Below are positions 9,501 to 19,128 of a DNA stretch of 64,000 bases, piece by piece. The DNA is taken from positions 53,535 through 117,534 of the forward strand of contig JAZSQI010000012.1 of assembly GCA_045537895.1 (NCBI GenBank), read 5' to 3'. Every line of letters begins with the position of its first letter. The first letter of the stretch is position 1. The position numbers were made by a program, and so were the translations under genes. The stretch comes from Clostridia bacterium (lineage in GTDB: Bacteria > Bacillota > Clostridia > TANB77 > CAG-465). The notes beneath the pieces are model-generated. The model made no database searches, was not told the origin of the DNA, and saw only the letters and a list, made by a program, of their open reading frames with translations.

Positions 9501-12107
9501 AATATTCAAGAAAATAGAAGACCGAAAGTAGTAAACAGAACTTCTTCTACTAATATAGGGTTCTCGTTACTTTCAATTATAAATGCTTACGATATGGGAT
9601 TTATTGATATATATGACGCTATATATAGATTACAAAACTCATTAAATACTATAGAAAAGCTAGAAAAATGGAATGGTCATCTACTTAACTGGTATAACAT
9701 TCGTACACTAGAACCATTAAAACCATTATTTGTTTCAACAGTAGATAGTGGTAACTTTGTAGCTAGCATATATGTTGTTAAAGAATTTTTAGAAGAAATA
9801 AATAATAAAGATGAATTTGATAAAGAAGTAAAAAATGCTATATCAAATATGATAGATATATGTGTTAATACAATTGAAAATACCGACTTTACAATGCTAT
9901 ATGATAAATCAAAAAATATTTTTTCAATTGGGTTTGATATTGATAAAAATGAATTAGTAAAAGGTTATTATGATATGCTTATGTCTGAGTCTAGACTTAC
10001 AAGTCTTGTTGCAATAGCATCTAGACAAGTAACATCTAAACATTGGTTTTCATTAGCAAGAAATCTAGTTAAAATTGACATATATAAAGGATTACTTTCT
10101 TGGAGTGGAACATCATTTGAATATTTTATGCCCAATTTATTTACTAAATCTTACGAGCATACTTTAATTGATGAAGCATTATTCTTCTCAATATATAGTC
10201 AAATGAAATATGGAAGAAAAGCTGGGCTTCCTTGGGGAATATCAGAATCAGCATTTGCTATGCAAGATAGTATGTTAAATTATCAATATAAAGCATTCGG
10301 TGTTCCTTGGCTTGGACTTAAGAGAGGATTAAATGATAGTATGGTTGTTTCACCATATTCCTCTTTAATGTGTATGTCTTATGCACCTAGAAAAGTATAT
10401 AATAATATAAAAGAGTTAAAGAAATATGATAGCTATTCGTCTTATGGTTTCTATGAAGCTATCGACTTTACAAAAGCTCATATACACAAAGGCAAAAAGT
10501 ATGAAACTGTAAAAACATATATGGCACATCACCAAGGTATGATACTTACATCTTTAAATAATTATTTAAATAACGGTATTATTCAAAAGAGATTTCATAA
10601 GAATCCAGATATTAAAGCTGCTGAGATATTACTAAAAGAAAGAGTTCCTATGGGTGTTGCTATAAAAGAAAATATAAATAGCAAATATAATAAATTTGTA
10701 CAAAATTCAGTTGAAGATTATACAGCTCATATTACATACATAACTCAAAACATGTTAGAGAGTGGAAATCATAAAAACATGAACATTCAGACTAATGGTA
10801 GAATTAACGTTACTACATTAGATACTGGAGAAAACTATATGTATTATGACAACTATGCAATCACTAAAAATAGATATCATGATAAAAAGACATTTAATGG
10901 AAATACAGTTGTATTTACAGATAAAAGTACAGGAAATGTTTGGTCATATTGTTATGATGACAATTACATAAAACCTGATAGTTATGGTGTATTATTTAAT
11001 TTAGCGACATCTGACTTTTATAGAAAAGATGGCCAAATAGAAACATTTTGTAGAATACACATCGCACCTGAATATAATGCAGAAATAAGAAAATACACAT
11101 TAATAAATCATTCAGATGAACGTAAAGAAATAGTTATAAATACAAACATGGATTTAGCTATGTGTGAGCAAGCAGCAAACGTTATACATCCAGCATTTAA
11201 TAATTTAAAAATAGAAGAATTCTATAATGAAGATTTAGAAATGTTAATTGCTAAAAAGAGAACAAAAACAGATAAATCAGATGAATTATACGTATATGCT
11301 AAACTTTTAGGAATCGATTTGGGAATAGAAGTTGAAACTGAAAAATCGAAATTAATAAATTATGATGGTAAATATGCATATTCTGGTAAAATATCGAATT
11401 ATCCTTTAGCTCCAGTAATTTCATATAGAGCAAGAATCTTGCTTGAACCGGGTGAAAGACAATCATTCTATTATATAGTTGGTGCATCAGATGATAAGTA
11501 TGGTGTTTCTCATGCGATTGTTAATTTAGATAAAGAAACTATAGAGGAGTCATATAATTTTGCTGTTCAAAAGGAAAATGTGGCAGCTAGATATTTAAAA
11601 TTAACTCAAGGAATGGCAAAAGCATATAATAAAATAATATATGATGTACTATTTAAAACTTCAAAACAAAATAATATAAATGCTGTTTGGGATAAGAAAC
11701 TTAGTCAATCAATGCTATGGAAATTCTCTATATCAGGAGATTTACCAATAATTCAAGTTCCAATAGGAAAAATTGAAGACACATCACTGCTTAATGAAAT
11801 TGTTAATTTTATGGACTATGCAAAGTATAGAAAAGTAGATATAGATATCGTACTTGTTGTAGATGAGGCATTATCTACAGGAGAACCTATTAAAAATCAT
11901 ATATTAAGATATTTACAAAATGTAGTATATATGTCTTATACAAGAGGAAATATATATGTTGTAAACGTGCAAAATATGACAGATGACGAAAAAACATTGT
12001 TTGACTTCTTATCTAAGCGTGTTATAACTAGTGTAGATGAGTTAAAAGCTGATTTATACGAAGAGGAGATAGAGCAAACAGATGATAATATAAATGAGGT
12101 AGAATAA
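6561..12107 (+). CDS. Cyclic beta-1,2-glucan synthase-like multidomain membrane protein (N-terminal region, TM block, GT84-like glycosyltransferase with DxD, second TM block, GH144-like alpha/alpha-barrel domain)
   Basis: 1848 aa. TM clusters lie at about aa 350-410 and 760-930. A glycosyltransferase block carries ...ITVDEDTTL.... The C-terminal region has ...LNWYNIRTLEPLKPLFVSTVDSGNFVA..., typical of the Cgs/beta-1,2-glucanase fold. Confidence 0.7.
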   Translation: MQDYILPIYLETKKNYRTIKLTYELLNSVSALKIPVHSAGQWLLDNMYIIEQEYTVAIEDLKNIKANSLPYVKPEDGQKQIRVCFMANEIVEKNSGIITDGIVSNYIKEFQKHSYVTFAELSLLPLMLRCALIKFVRRISVNIFNSEMQKLKVEKRVNKSISDNAKMISTKMDKLVSKMKIDLNQSAGIKTSNTAYIEYMAFKLKDMGRQGERFFNELKEETNKIGFTIDEAIEKEHNEITTTTRLIGNGIISLKTVASTNWSEVIVAINKIDQTLKEDYTNEYRKCDFKTKNRYRRNVIRLAEKYKLSEMYVAKKAVECSEEYEKHVGHFLIGDDKKLLIKSMGKSTFGINIKEKIFNPLKPALFIFTLNVIAFIIAFVIDFYFINHYALGYRIIIGIISFTLGLEVADKIISYLVGKFVRPKILPRFNFAKTIDESCSTIIAMPSVINSLEKLDKMIEKMEVTYLANRSENMYYMLLGDCVGSKKNKHISLDDEIVKYGKQKIEELNRKYPSEPKLFNFMYRKRVYSKGEETYMGWERKRGALSHLNKLLLGKLNEHEIEKYMYLAHNDIPNVKYLITVDEDTTLSLNSAKELVAIISHPLNKPILSKDGRRVKSGYGLIQPAVGLDIESANRSIFSKVFGGFGGLDIYTNAISNLYQDVFKEAIFTGKGIYDIELFEQLLGETMPENLILSHDLLEGSYMRTGLASDVEVQDGFPHNFIAYMKRNHRWYRGDMQIISWLVSPNSPLNLLSKWKILDNLRRESLDVFALLLLIITMFIPGTSFVYACLFVFAVMNFGHILSTLDNLIWGKNAERKQKQYIPVIYGIRANLLKMVFNFITLPYQAWTTISAHVTSLYRMFISKKHLLEWATAEAIEASAKEKPMYVYKNMWTNVVFGVILILYSLLNDFVFVKDNSTFIFGIFFVIAPLAGYIMSLKSIFKPERELTAKEDEEIKEIASDTWKFFETTMTPINNYLAPDNIQENRRPKVVNRTSSTNIGFSLLSIINAYDMGFIDIYDAIYRLQNSLNTIEKLEKWNGHLLNWYNIRTLEPLKPLFVSTVDSGNFVASIYVVKEFLEEINNKDEFDKEVKNAISNMIDICVNTIENTDFTMLYDKSKNIFSIGFDIDKNELVKGYYDMLMSESRLTSLVAIASRQVTSKHWFSLARNLVKIDIYKGLLSWSGTSFEYFMPNLFTKSYEHTLIDEALFFSIYSQMKYGRKAGLPWGISESAFAMQDSMLNYQYKAFGVPWLGLKRGLNDSMVVSPYSSLMCMSYAPRKVYNNIKELKKYDSYSSYGFYEAIDFTKAHIHKGKKYETVKTYMAHHQGMILTSLNNYLNNGIIQKRFHKNPDIKAAEILLKERVPMGVAIKENINSKYNKFVQNSVEDYTAHITYITQNMLESGNHKNMNIQTNGRINVTTLDTGENYMYYDNYAITKNRYHDKKTFNGNTVVFTDKSTGNVWSYCYDDNYIKPDSYGVLFNLATSDFYRKDGQIETFCRIHIAPEYNAEIRKYTLINHSDERKEIVINTNMDLAMCEQAANVIHPAFNNLKIEEFYNEDLEMLIAKKRTKTDKSDELYVYAKLLGIDLGIEVETEKSKLINYDGKYAYSGKISNYPLAPVISYRARILLEPGERQSFYYIVGASDDKYGVSHAIVNLDKETIEESYNFAVQKENVAARYLKLTQGMAKAYNKIIYDVLFKTSKQNNINAVWDKKLSQSMLWKFSISGDLPIIQVPIGKIEDTSLLNEIVNFMDYAKYRKVDIDIVLVVDEALSTGEPIKNHILRYLQNVVYMSYTRGNIYVVNVQNMTDDEKTLFDFLSKRVITSVDELKADLYEEEIEQTDDNINEVE

Positions 12108-12109
12108 AT

Positions 12110-14143
12110 ATGAATAATGAATTAATAGCTTTTAATAGTTATGGAGGTTTTAGTAAAGATGGTAAAGAGTATCAGATATATAACACTGATACTCCCGTAC
12201 CATGGTGTAATATTCTTGCCAATGAACGATTTGGCACTGTGATTTCAAATTACGGAATAGTATATAGTTTCTATAAAAATGCTAGCGAATATAAGCTTAC
12301 AAATTGGTGTAATGATTTTGCAAGTTTCATACCTGGAGAAACTTTTGAAGGAATATTTGATAAGGGGTACAACTTAACTTATGGTTTTGGTTATGTAAAA
12401 ATCTTGCAAGAAAATGATAGTATAGAAAAACAAATGGACATCTTTGTACCTATAAATGACGATTTGAAAGTGCAAAAAATCACATTAAAAAATAATAGTG
12501 AGGAAAACAAGAAAATAAGTATAACTTATACTTTAGATATGGTTTTAGGTGTTACTAAAGAAATGACAAATTCATATATTCTATGTAGAAAAAATTCAGA
12601 CAGATTAGAGTTTAAAAATCCATATAATCAATATTTTTCTGACATAGTAAGTTATTTGAAAGTAGAAGATTTTGGAAATAGTATTAATATAGTTTATGAC
12701 GAAAACGAGTACAAAGTTAGAATTGAAATAGCTATTAAGGCAAGTGAAACTATTAGTTTTGCTATATTACTGGGAAGTACAACTGAATTTGAAAAGATAG
12801 ATGAAATAATAAACAAATATAGTACACTTCAAAATGTAGATTTAGAGTATAGCAGTACAAAAAAATATTGGGAAAATAAAGTAGTTAAAAACTTTAATAC
12901 AGGTGATGAATACTTAGATATAATGGCAAATGGTTGGTTATTGTACCAAGCAATAGCATCAAGACTATTTGCAAGAACAGGGTTTTATCAAGCAGGAGGA
13001 GCTTTTGGATTTAGAGATCAACTTCAAGATTCTATGGCGCTTATACGTACATGGCCTGAATTCACTAAAAAACAAATATTAAAACATTCTTCAAAACAAT
13101 TCCAAAAAGGAGATGTCCTTCATTGGTGGCATGAACATAATTCAGCAGGTATAAAGACATATTTTAGCGATGATTATTTATGGCTTCCATATGTTACAGC
13201 AGAATATGTTAATCTTACACATGATGCATCTATATTGCGTGAAAAAGTTCCTTTTTTACAAGATGTAGATATGGGCGATCGACGTGAAATATATGATGTA
13301 TTTAACAGCTCTGATGATATAGGTACCGTTTATGAACATTGCATTAGAGCAATTAAATATGGGTTATCTAGAAAAGGTGAAAATGGGCTTCTAGATATTG
13401 GAGATGGAGATTGGAATGATGGATTTAGTTCTATAAGAGGGCAGTCTGTTTGGCTTACATTCTTCATGATGGATATTTTAGAAAAGTTTGCTAAAATATC
13501 AGAAATAATGTTAGACGAAGTTGAAAAAATGCACTTTTATAGTGAAAGACATATGTTAAAACATGCAATATTTACGTATGCTTTTGATGGAAACTATTTT
13601 GCAAGAGCTTTCTACGAAAATGGTGCTTCACTTGGGATGAAGGATAGTGATGATTGTAAAATAGATTTAATATCACAATCTTGGTCTGCAATTGCTTTAA
13701 AAGATTACCCTGATGCTCAAGAGGAGATAAAATCAGCATTAAGTTATGCAGAAAAATATTTGGTTGATAGAGAAAATAAAATAGTAAAATTATTGTACCC
13801 ACCATTTGATAATCCTAAAAATAATCCAGGTTATATAAAAGCATATGTGCCTGGAGTTAGAGAAAATGGAGGACAATATACCCATGGAGCGATTTGGCTT
13901 GCTAAGGCATATTTTGAAATTAAAGAACCTAAAAAAGCATTAGATATCTTAAGTATACTAAATCCTATTAATCACTCTAATAGTAAAGAAATAGCTGATA
14001 TATATAAGGTGGAACCATATGTTGTAGCAGCAGACGTTTATTCAAACGTTGATCATGTAGGTAGAGGTGGATGGACTTGGTATACAGGTTCAGCAGCTTG
14101 GATGTATAAGGTTATTGAAGATAATTTTAAACAAAAAGATTAA
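12110..14143 (+). CDS. GH94 glycoside phosphorylase domain protein (cellobiose/chitobiose-phosphorylase fold; C-terminal module of the Cgs-like system)
   Basis: N-terminus NTDTPVPWCNILANERFGTVISNYGIVYSF matches the GH94 N-terminal domain. GAFGFRDQLQDSMA, GDGDWND and WYTGSAAWMY are barrel motifs. It starts 2 nt after the previous stop, in a different frame, with a GAGGT RBS. Confidence 0.75.
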   Translation: MNNELIAFNSYGGFSKDGKEYQIYNTDTPVPWCNILANERFGTVISNYGIVYSFYKNASEYKLTNWCNDFASFIPGETFEGIFDKGYNLTYGFGYVKILQENDSIEKQMDIFVPINDDLKVQKITLKNNSEENKKISITYTLDMVLGVTKEMTNSYILCRKNSDRLEFKNPYNQYFSDIVSYLKVEDFGNSINIVYDENEYKVRIEIAIKASETISFAILLGSTTEFEKIDEIINKYSTLQNVDLEYSSTKKYWENKVVKNFNTGDEYLDIMANGWLLYQAIASRLFARTGFYQAGGAFGFRDQLQDSMALIRTWPEFTKKQILKHSSKQFQKGDVLHWWHEHNSAGIKTYFSDDYLWLPYVTAEYVNLTHDASILREKVPFLQDVDMGDRREIYDVFNSSDDIGTVYEHCIRAIKYGLSRKGENGLLDIGDGDWNDGFSSIRGQSVWLTFFMMDILEKFAKISEIMLDEVEKMHFYSERHMLKHAIFTYAFDGNYFARAFYENGASLGMKDSDDCKIDLISQSWSAIALKDYPDAQEEIKSALSYAEKYLVDRENKIVKLLYPPFDNPKNNPGYIKAYVPGVRENGGQYTHGAIWLAKAYFEIKEPKKALDILSILNPINHSNSKEIADIYKVEPYVVAADVYSNVDHVGRGGWTWYTGSAAWMYKVIEDNFKQKD

Positions 14144-14149
14144 TTTATG

Positions 14150-14176
14150 TAGCAGGTTTTTATGCCTGCTATTTTC
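14150..14176 (+). terminator. Rho-independent terminator after the GH94 gene
   Basis: agcagg-tttttat-gcctgct hairpin followed by atttt. Confidence 0.55.
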
Positions 14177-14184
14177 ATAGCCAC

Positions 14185-14213
14185 TTGAAATATTATGTAA
14201 AGTGTGATATACT
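14185..14213 (+). promoter_or_regulatory. Sigma-A-type promoter TTGAAA-17-TATACT
   Basis: Consensus match about 55 nt upstream of the ATG at 14268. Confidence 0.45.
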
Positions 14214-14267
14214 AATACTGCTAGGAATATACATTATTTTTATAATTAAATTTAAGGAGGAAAGGGA

Positions 14268-14900
14268 ATGTCATATGTTATACCTGGAAGCGTCGAATCA
14301 ATTTTTTATGACCCACAGCTTGTACCAAGTAACTTAATCAAAAATTATCACACTTTGGTTACAGATATAATTGGTACATCTAAAATTTTGGAAAGGAGCA
14401 TTATATTTAAAGAACTTCAAAATTCTATACTGGAACTTGAAACCAAAGAAAGAGAATATCTTAAAATAAAGTACGGTTTAATAGACGGTATAGAAAAATC
14501 TCTCGTTGAAACAGGCAAAATAAAAAATGTTACCAATGAAAGAGTACGGCAACTTATTGAAAGAGCTCTGGGACGCTTATCTTCAAAAAAATGTAAATTT
14601 CACATAGTTCATAGAATTGAATTTTTAAAAGCACAAAAAAGAGAACTTGAAAAAGAAATCGACTATTATGAAGATATCATATTATATGAAGAAGAACCAC
14701 CTAACATCACCATCAATGATTTTGACTTTGGATTAAGAGCATACAATTCACTTATGTCAAAAAATATAACAACTTATGATCAGCTCATGAGTCTTACAAA
14801 AAAACAACTCATTAAAATTCCTAATATAGGTAAAAAGAGCGCTGAAGAAATTTGGTACAAATTACATGGTGAACATTTTAATTCTGAAAAAACATCCTAA
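14268..14900 (+). CDS. Small protein fusing a sigma-70 region-4-like HTH to an RNA polymerase alpha-subunit C-terminal-domain-like HhH domain
   Basis: Residues ~65-110 (YLKIKYGLIDG...VTNERVRQLIERALGRL) resemble sigma-70 region 4.2. Residues ~150-205 (FGLRAYNSLMSKNITTYDQLMSLTKKQLIKIPNIGKKSAEEI) resemble RpoA alpha-CTD. RBS is AAGGAGG. Confidence 0.6.
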   Translation: MSYVIPGSVESIFYDPQLVPSNLIKNYHTLVTDIIGTSKILERSIIFKELQNSILELETKEREYLKIKYGLIDGIEKSLVETGKIKNVTNERVRQLIERALGRLSSKKCKFHIVHRIEFLKAQKRELEKEIDYYEDIILYEEEPPNITINDFDFGLRAYNSLMSKNITTYDQLMSLTKKQLIKIPNIGKKSAEEIWYKLHGEHFNSEKTS

Positions 14901-14918
14901 TTTAGGATGTTTTTCTTT
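14893..14918 (+). terminator. Rho-independent terminator
   Basis: catcctaa/ttaggatg stem followed by tttttctttt. Confidence 0.7.
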
Positions 14919-15031
14919 TGTCTAAATTTAGTTTATGAAACTATATCAAATATCACTCTATATATTGCAAAATATGGATTTTATGATATAATAATATAGT
15001 TAGATTTTATTATTAAATTGGAGGAAATAAC

Positions 15032-16315
15032 ATGAGTGTAAAATTAGAAAAATTAGAAAATTCAAAAGTAACAATGGAATTTAAAGTTTCAAAGGAAGAA
15101 TTTAACAAAGCTTTAGATGAAGCTTTCGCAAAAAATAGCAAACATTTTAAAATACCAGGATTTAGAGCTGGCAGAGTTCCTAGAAACGTAATAGAAAAAA
15201 CATATGGTGAAGGGGTACTATTTGATGAAGCATTTAATATTGTAGCTGAAAAAGAATATGAAAAAGCCATAAATGAAAATGATTTATTTGTAGTATCAAG
15301 ACCAGAAGTAGACATTAAAGAAATTGGAAAAGATAAAGATTTAGAATTTACTATAACTGTATATGTAAAACCAGAAGTTGAAGTTAAAGATTATAAAGGT
15401 CTTGAAATAGAAAAAGTATCTGAAGAAGTTACTGAAGAAGATTTAAACAAAGAACTTGAAATGATTCAAGATAAAAATGCTAGACTTATAACTGTAGAAG
15501 ATTCAGAAGTAGAGAACAAAGATATAGCTGTTATTGACTTTGAAGGTTTCTTAGATGGAGTAGCATTTGAAGGTGGAAAAGCTGAAAAATATGAACTTGA
15601 AATAGGTTCTGGAAGCTTTATCCCAGGTTTCGAAGAACAAATAATTGGAATGAAAGTTGGAGAAGAAAAAGATATAACTACAACATTCCCTGCAGAATAT
15701 CACAGCGCTGAACTTGCTGGAAAAGAAACTATATTTAAAATAAAATTACATGAAATTAAAAGAAAAGAATTACCAGCATTAGATGATGAATTTGCAAAAG
15801 ATATTTCTGAATTTGATACTTTCGAAGAATACAAAAAAAGTGTAATGGAAAGATTAGAAAAATCTAAAAAATCTATGGCAAAAGCAGAAAGAGAAAATAA
15901 AGTAATTGAAAAATTAGCTGAAAAAGTAGAAGCTAATATACCAGATGCTATGGTAGAATTTGAAATAGACAACATGATTAAAAACTTTGAACAAAATCTA
16001 GCATATCAAGGTTTATCTTTAGAACAATATATGCAAATGTTAAATATGGATATGAATGCATTAAGAGCACAATTTAAAGACAATGCTTTAAAAGAAATAA
16101 AAGTTAAACTTGCTTTAGAAAGTGTTGCTAAACAAGAAAACATTGAAGTTTCTGCAGAAGAAATAGATACAAGATTAGATGAGCTTTCTGCTCAATATGG
16201 AGATGGTTCTGCTGATTCTTTAAAATCAAACCATAATGCAAGACATTATATTGAAGAAAGATTAAAAGAAGAAAAATTATTAGAAGTATTAGTTAGTAAT
16301 GCTGTAGAAAAATAA
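15032..16315 (+). CDS. tig: Trigger factor (ribosome-associated PPIase chaperone)
   Basis: 427 aa with FKBP-type PPIase signature GFRAGRVP, and conserved tig-clpP-clpX synteny. Confidence 0.95.
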   Translation: MSVKLEKLENSKVTMEFKVSKEEFNKALDEAFAKNSKHFKIPGFRAGRVPRNVIEKTYGEGVLFDEAFNIVAEKEYEKAINENDLFVVSRPEVDIKEIGKDKDLEFTITVYVKPEVEVKDYKGLEIEKVSEEVTEEDLNKELEMIQDKNARLITVEDSEVENKDIAVIDFEGFLDGVAFEGGKAEKYELEIGSGSFIPGFEEQIIGMKVGEEKDITTTFPAEYHSAELAGKETIFKIKLHEIKRKELPALDDEFAKDISEFDTFEEYKKSVMERLEKSKKSMAKAERENKVIEKLAEKVEANIPDAMVEFEIDNMIKNFEQNLAYQGLSLEQYMQMLNMDMNALRAQFKDNALKEIKVKLALESVAKQENIEVSAEEIDTRLDELSAQYGDGSADSLKSNHNARHYIEERLKEEKLLEVLVSNAVEK

Positions 16316-16341
16316 TTAATTAAATAATAGGAGGTTTTAAA

Positions 16342-16938
16342 ATGAAAAATAGTTTAGTACCAATGGTTTTAGAACAAACTAGCAAAGGTGAAAGATCATA
16401 TGACATATTTTCTAGACTTTTAAAAGAAAGAATTATATTCTTAGGTGAAGAAGTAAATGACGCGTCAGCTTCTCTTATAGTTGCTCAATTACTATTCTTA
16501 GATGCTGAAGATCCAGGAAAAGACATATTTTTATACATAAACAGTCCAGGTGGAAGTGTTACAGCTGGTATGGCTATATTTGATACAATGAACTACATTA
16601 AATCAGATGTATCAACAATTTGTACTGGTATGGCAGCTAGTATGGGAGCATTCCTTTTAGCAGCTGGTAAAAAAGGTAAGAGATTTGCTCTACCTAATTC
16701 AACAATAATGATACATCAGCCTTTAGGTGGTGTTCAGGGGCAAGCTAGTGATATAAAAATACATACAGAATATTTATTAATGATAAAGGAAAAATTAAAC
16801 AAAATATTAAGTGAAAATACTGGCAAACCTTTAGAGCAAGTTGAAAAAGATACAGATAGAGATAATTTCTTATCTGCTGAAGAAGCAAAAGAATATGGTC
16901 TTATCGATGAAGTAATGAAAAATATAAATGAATTATAA
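16342..16938 (+). CDS. clpP: ATP-dependent Clp protease proteolytic subunit
   Basis: 198 aa with active-site regions GMAASMG and [17 protein letters not shown]. Confidence 0.95.
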   Translation: MKNSLVPMVLEQTSKGERSYDIFSRLLKERIIFLGEEVNDASASLIVAQLLFLDAEDPGKDIFLYINSPGGSVTAGMAIFDTMNYIKSDVSTICTGMAASMGAFLLAAGKKGKRFALPNSTIMIHQPLGGVQGQASDIKIHTEYLLMIKEKLNKILSENTGKPLEQVEKDTDRDNFLSAEEAKEYGLIDEVMKNINEL

Positions 16939-16952
16939 GGAGAAATATAAAT

Positions 16953-18236
16953 ATGCCAAGGAAAAAAAGTTCAGATTATAATGTTTTCTGTTCATTTTGT
17001 GGTAGATATAAAGACGAGGTTAGCAAGATAATTGCAGGACCAAATGGTATATTTATTTGCGATGAATGCATAGATACTTGTAATCGTATTATATTAGAAG
17101 ATATAATGGAAAATGATGAAAAATTAGGAGAAATCGAAGCTAAAGTAATTGAGAATACTGAAATTCCTTCTCCTGAACACATCAACAAAATATTAGATGA
17201 ATATGTAATTGGTCAAAAAGAAGCTAAAAAAGTTTTATCTGTTGCAGTATATAACCATTATAAAAGAATAAAAAATATGGACAAAATAGATGAAGTTGAG
17301 CTTCAAAAAAGTAATATTCTTATGATAGGACCTACTGGTTCTGGTAAAACATTAATAGCTCAAACGCTTGCTAAAGTTTTACGTGTACCATTTGCCATAG
17401 CAGACGCTACTACTTTAACAGAAGCAGGTTATGTTGGAGAAGATGTAGAAAATATATTACTTAGACTTATTCAGGCTGCTGATTATGATATATCAAAAGC
17501 TGAAAAAGGAATTATATATATTGATGAGTTAGATAAAATATCTAGAAAATCTGAAAATCCATCAATTACAAGAGATGTTAGTGGTGAAGGTGTTCAACAA
17601 GCACTTCTTAAAATCATAGAAGGAACTGTTGCTTCAGTACCTCCTACTGGTGGAAGAAAACATCCTCAACAAGAATATATAAAGATAGATACATCAAATA
17701 TATTATTTATCTGTGGGGGTGCTTTTGAGGGCTTAGAAAAACTTATAGAAACTCGTACTGGTGAAAAAGTAATGGGATTTGGTGCTAAGGTAAAAGAAAA
17801 GAAAGAAATTGATTATGCATCAATATTTTCTGAAGTTCTTCCTCATGACATAATTAAATTCGGATTAATTCCAGAACTTGTTGGAAGATTACCTATTATA
17901 ACATCGCTTGGACAACTTGATAGAAAAGCTTTCATAGATATTTTAACAAAACCTAAAAATGCTATTATAAAACAATACAAAAAAATGTTTAAAATGGACG
18001 ATGTAGATTTAGAGTTTGAGAAAGATGCAATTGAGGAAATTGTAAATTTAGCAATAGAAAGAAAGACTGGAGCAAGAGGACTAAGATCAATATTAGAAAA
18101 GGTTATGCTTACAGCAATGTATGAAGTACCTTCTGATAAAACAATAAAAAAATGTATTATAACTAAAGAAGTAGTTACAAAAAATGCAAAACCTACATAT
18201 ATAAAAAAGGAAACTACTTCAAAAAGTACAAAATAG
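16953..18236 (+). CDS. clpX: ATP-dependent Clp protease ATP-binding subunit ClpX
   Basis: N-terminal C4 zinc finger (CSFCGR...CDEC), Walker A GPTGSGKT and IGF-like loop. Confidence 0.95.
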   Translation: MPRKKSSDYNVFCSFCGRYKDEVSKIIAGPNGIFICDECIDTCNRIILEDIMENDEKLGEIEAKVIENTEIPSPEHINKILDEYVIGQKEAKKVLSVAVYNHYKRIKNMDKIDEVELQKSNILMIGPTGSGKTLIAQTLAKVLRVPFAIADATTLTEAGYVGEDVENILLRLIQAADYDISKAEKGIIYIDELDKISRKSENPSITRDVSGEGVQQALLKIIEGTVASVPPTGGRKHPQQEYIKIDTSNILFICGGAFEGLEKLIETRTGEKVMGFGAKVKEKKEIDYASIFSEVLPHDIIKFGLIPELVGRLPIITSLGQLDRKAFIDILTKPKNAIIKQYKKMFKMDDVDLEFEKDAIEEIVNLAIERKTGARGLRSILEKVMLTAMYEVPSDKTIKKCIITKEVVTKNAKPTYIKKETTSKSTK

Positions 18237-18290
18237 AAAAATATAGAAGAGATACTATAAAAGGTATTTCTTCTTTTCATATAAGTAAAA

Positions 18291-18320
18291 ACAACTTAGA
18301 AATTAATCTAAGTTGTTTTG
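18291..18320 (+). terminator. Rho-independent terminator after clpX
   Basis: acaacttag/ctaagttgt stem followed by tttgtg. Confidence 0.6.
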
Positions 18321-18562
18321 TGATATTATTTTAATTTGCAAATTTTATCAAAAATTTCTCTTAATTTAGTGTAAGATTCATAATCACCTTCTTTATATGA
18401 GTCTAATGCTTCTGATAAATTCTTGGCTTCAGATGTATTTCTGACATATAAATCTCTCCTTATTAAAATTTTATTTATTATTTATTAAAATAATAGTTAT
18501 TGCATATAACTAAGCAATATTATATCATAATTCACATAATACTGCAAATTACTATAAAAATT

Positions 18563-18594
18563 GACGCTCTAAAATCGATTTTAAGACATTTTTA
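18563..18594 (+). repeat. Direct repeat copy 1 (gacgctctaaaatcgattttaagacAttttta) with 14-bp perfect palindromic core TAAAATCGATTTTA
   Basis: 31 of 32 nt match the second copy at 20349..20380 in the same orientation. Confidence 0.85.
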
Positions 18595-18689
18595 GGATTT
18601 GAGTCATAATCTTTATATCACTTAAAAAATGAGGTTATTATTGTTATTTCGAAAATATATATAAAAATCAAATTTTTGTAAAAAAGTTG

Positions 18690-18718
18690 TTGACAAACAA
18701 ATGTTCATATATTATAAT
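18690..18718 (+). promoter_or_regulatory. Perfect sigma-A consensus promoter TTGACA-17-TATAAT
   Basis: Exact consensus hexamers with a 17 nt spacer, 40 nt upstream of the LysM gene. Confidence 0.65.
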
Positions 18719-18758
18719 ATAAGCATAAGAACAAAAGTTCTTTTTAGAGGTGATATAT

Positions 18759-19061
18759 ATGAAGAGGGTAAAAAAGTATAGAATAAATGGAAAAAGAGTA
18801 ATTAGAAATATATTATTTTTATTATTAATATTTATAATATTTAATATGTTAACATCTCAAATATTTGGTAAAAAAGATTTGAAAACAACTAGTATTACTG
18901 TTAAATCTGGAGATACTTTATGGGGTATTTCTAAAAAGATATGTAAAACAGATTCTAGTTTAAATATACAAGAAGTTATATACGATATAAAAGAAATAAA
19001 TGGATTAGATTCAAATGAAATAATAAATGGTTCTTCTATTTATATTCCGGTTTACAACTAA
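18759..19061 (+). CDS. Small membrane-anchored LysM-domain protein
   Basis: Basic N-terminus, one TM helix (ILFLLLIFIIFNML) and a C-terminal LysM (YTVKSGDTLWGISKK). ATG at 18759 with an AGAGG RBS; the table's 18750 start is a GTG. Confidence 0.7.
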   Translation: MKRVKKYRINGKRVIRNILFLLLIFIIFNMLTSQIFGKKDLKTTSITVKSGDTLWGISKKICKTDSSLNIQEVIYDIKEINGLDSNEIINGSSIYIPVYN

Positions 19062-19128
19062 CATGAATTATGATATAATTCTTTAAAATTACAAAAATCT
19101 AAATTAAATTTAAGGAGGAATTATCATA

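Noticed and set aside
18412-18456. 14-codon sORF (MSEIHLKPRIYQKH*) with a perfect AAGGAGAG RBS on the minus strand after clpX
   Set aside because: Too short to support as a gene without conservation or expression data. It could be a chance RBS-ATG pairing.
18563-18587. Palindrome TAAAATCGATTTTA considered as a known global-regulator box (CodY, CcpA cre, LexA/Cheo, Rex)
   Set aside because: CodY arms are AATTTTC/GAAAATT, the opposite polarity. cre needs G at position 2 and C at position 13. The LexA box is CGAAC-N4-GTTCG. None match, so the site was left as an unassigned operator or recombination site.
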